From assembly GCA_951406725.2 (NCBI GenBank), contig OX597818.1, forward strand, positions 93,558,001 through 93,622,000: 64,000 bases of DNA. The letters run 5' to 3'. Of this stretch, positions 62,762 through 64,000 are shown piece after piece. Positions within the stretch are counted from its first letter, which is position 1; each line of letters opens with the position of its first letter. A program made the position numbers and the translations under genes. The notes beneath the pieces are model-generated. The model made no database searches. It had not been told where the DNA came from and was given only the letters and a program-made list of their open reading frames with translations. This DNA comes from Octopus vulgaris. Taxonomy: Eukaryota.

Positions 62762-63010
62762 CATATACATGTGTGTGTGTGTGTGCTTGTGTGTATGTGT
62801 GTGTGTATATGCTTGTGTCCCCCCAACATCGCTTCACAACTGACGCTGGTCTGTTTACGTACCCGTAATTTAGTGGTTCAGCAAAAGAGGTCAATAGAAT
62901 AAGTACTAAGCTTACAAAGAATAAGTCCTCAGATCGATTTGCTCTACTAAAGGCAGTGCTCCAGCATGGACACAGTCAAATAACTGAAACAAGTAAAAGA
63001 GAAAAAGAGA
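62553..63010 (+). mobile_element. SINE family A
   Basis: Colinear with other family A copies. Confidence 0.88.
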
Positions 63011-64000
63011 GTACCAGATGTAGTTTATATAATATTCATAATGTGTATACAAGCATGGAACAGCACTGGCTGCATTATGTTACCTTGCAGAGACATCTCA
63101 AAGACAGTTTTGTGTTTATGATGCAGAACTTCCTTCAGAATGCTGGTGGATCACCATTTTGACCTGATTTTTGTCTCTTCAGTGACAAATTACCTTAGAC
63201 ATTGTGAACCAAGCCAAAAAATGCTTGTCCCAAAATAGGAATTGGTTACCAAAACATTTACTGATATGTGTAAAAACTAGACAGGATAGAATTAAATTAA
63301 TATACACACTTAATACACACATTATTAACTTAAATACCACTGTCATCATTATCATCATCATTTAACATCCATTTTCTATGCTGGCATGGGTTGGGTGGTT
63401 TGACAGAAGATGGCAAGGCCAGGAGCCACACTAAGTCCCTTAGTGAGTTTTGGCTTGGTTTCTATGGCTGGATGATCTCCCTAATACTGACTACTTTACA
63501 GAGTGTACTGGGTGCTTTTTATGTGGCACTAGCACCAGTATTGTTTTACATTGCACTAGCACAGTGTATAACATTATAATTTGTGTATATATATGTAACA
63601 GTACTAAGCTGTAATATTTTATCTCAGAGAAAATATCAATGTATAAAAAGTCAAAGAGACTTTTGTGTTAAAAACATAGGACTTTGCTCGAAACACCAGT
63701 GAATCACCAGAAACAGTGTTTTGACCTGATTTGGTTTCATCAGTCACAACCACCTTAGACATTTTAAGTCAAGCCAAAAATGCTTGTTCTGATATAGAAA
63801 TTGATGAACAAAACATTTTCTGATTTTGTGGACGTAATAAATCTCCTTCTTCCTTTACTCAACCATCCCATTTGTATTCTGATCCCCGTCCCTTGTGAGT
63901 ATACCCATCACTTTGCCGCCATCTTTACCCTGCGCTCTCTCTCTCACACTCCCCTCTGGTTGGGTGACCATATATTTCATTTCTGGTAGTGCACCTGTTT

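Overview
AT-rich, repeat-dense animal genomic DNA. The SINE/LINE families look like those of Octopus (inference). Two convergent multi-exon genes were reconstructed by hand from splice sites and reading frame. (1) The last 7 coding exons of a short gelsolin/severin-like actin-binding gene lie on + (702..21280); its 5' part is outside the window. (2) A complete 13-exon ZMYND10 (BLU) gene lies on - (61407..25148; 1371 nt CDS, 456 aa), with a palindromic RFX X-box about 60 bp upstream of its ATG. The introns hold decayed mariner/Tc1, piggyBac- and pogo-type MITEs, Helitrons, RTE/CR1/R4/HERO LINE fragments, a Gypsy remnant, tRNA-derived SINEs and microsatellites. The most striking non-coding signal is a set of hammerhead-ribozyme (HHR) motifs in four unrelated sequence contexts. 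One is a 1.1 kb head-to-head palindrome of two greater-than-unit-length, circularly permuted copies of a 468-485 nt monomer, each with a type I HHR (retrozyme/circRNA-like). Another is a head-to-head pair of tRNA-headed elements carrying a minimal Penelope-type HHR. A frame-preserving 90-nt candidate cassette exon, partly duplicated from ZMYND10 exon 6, was also found. Most ORFs in the supplied track are microsatellite or TE artefacts. Repeat boundaries are approximate and family names come from motif recognition, not database searches.
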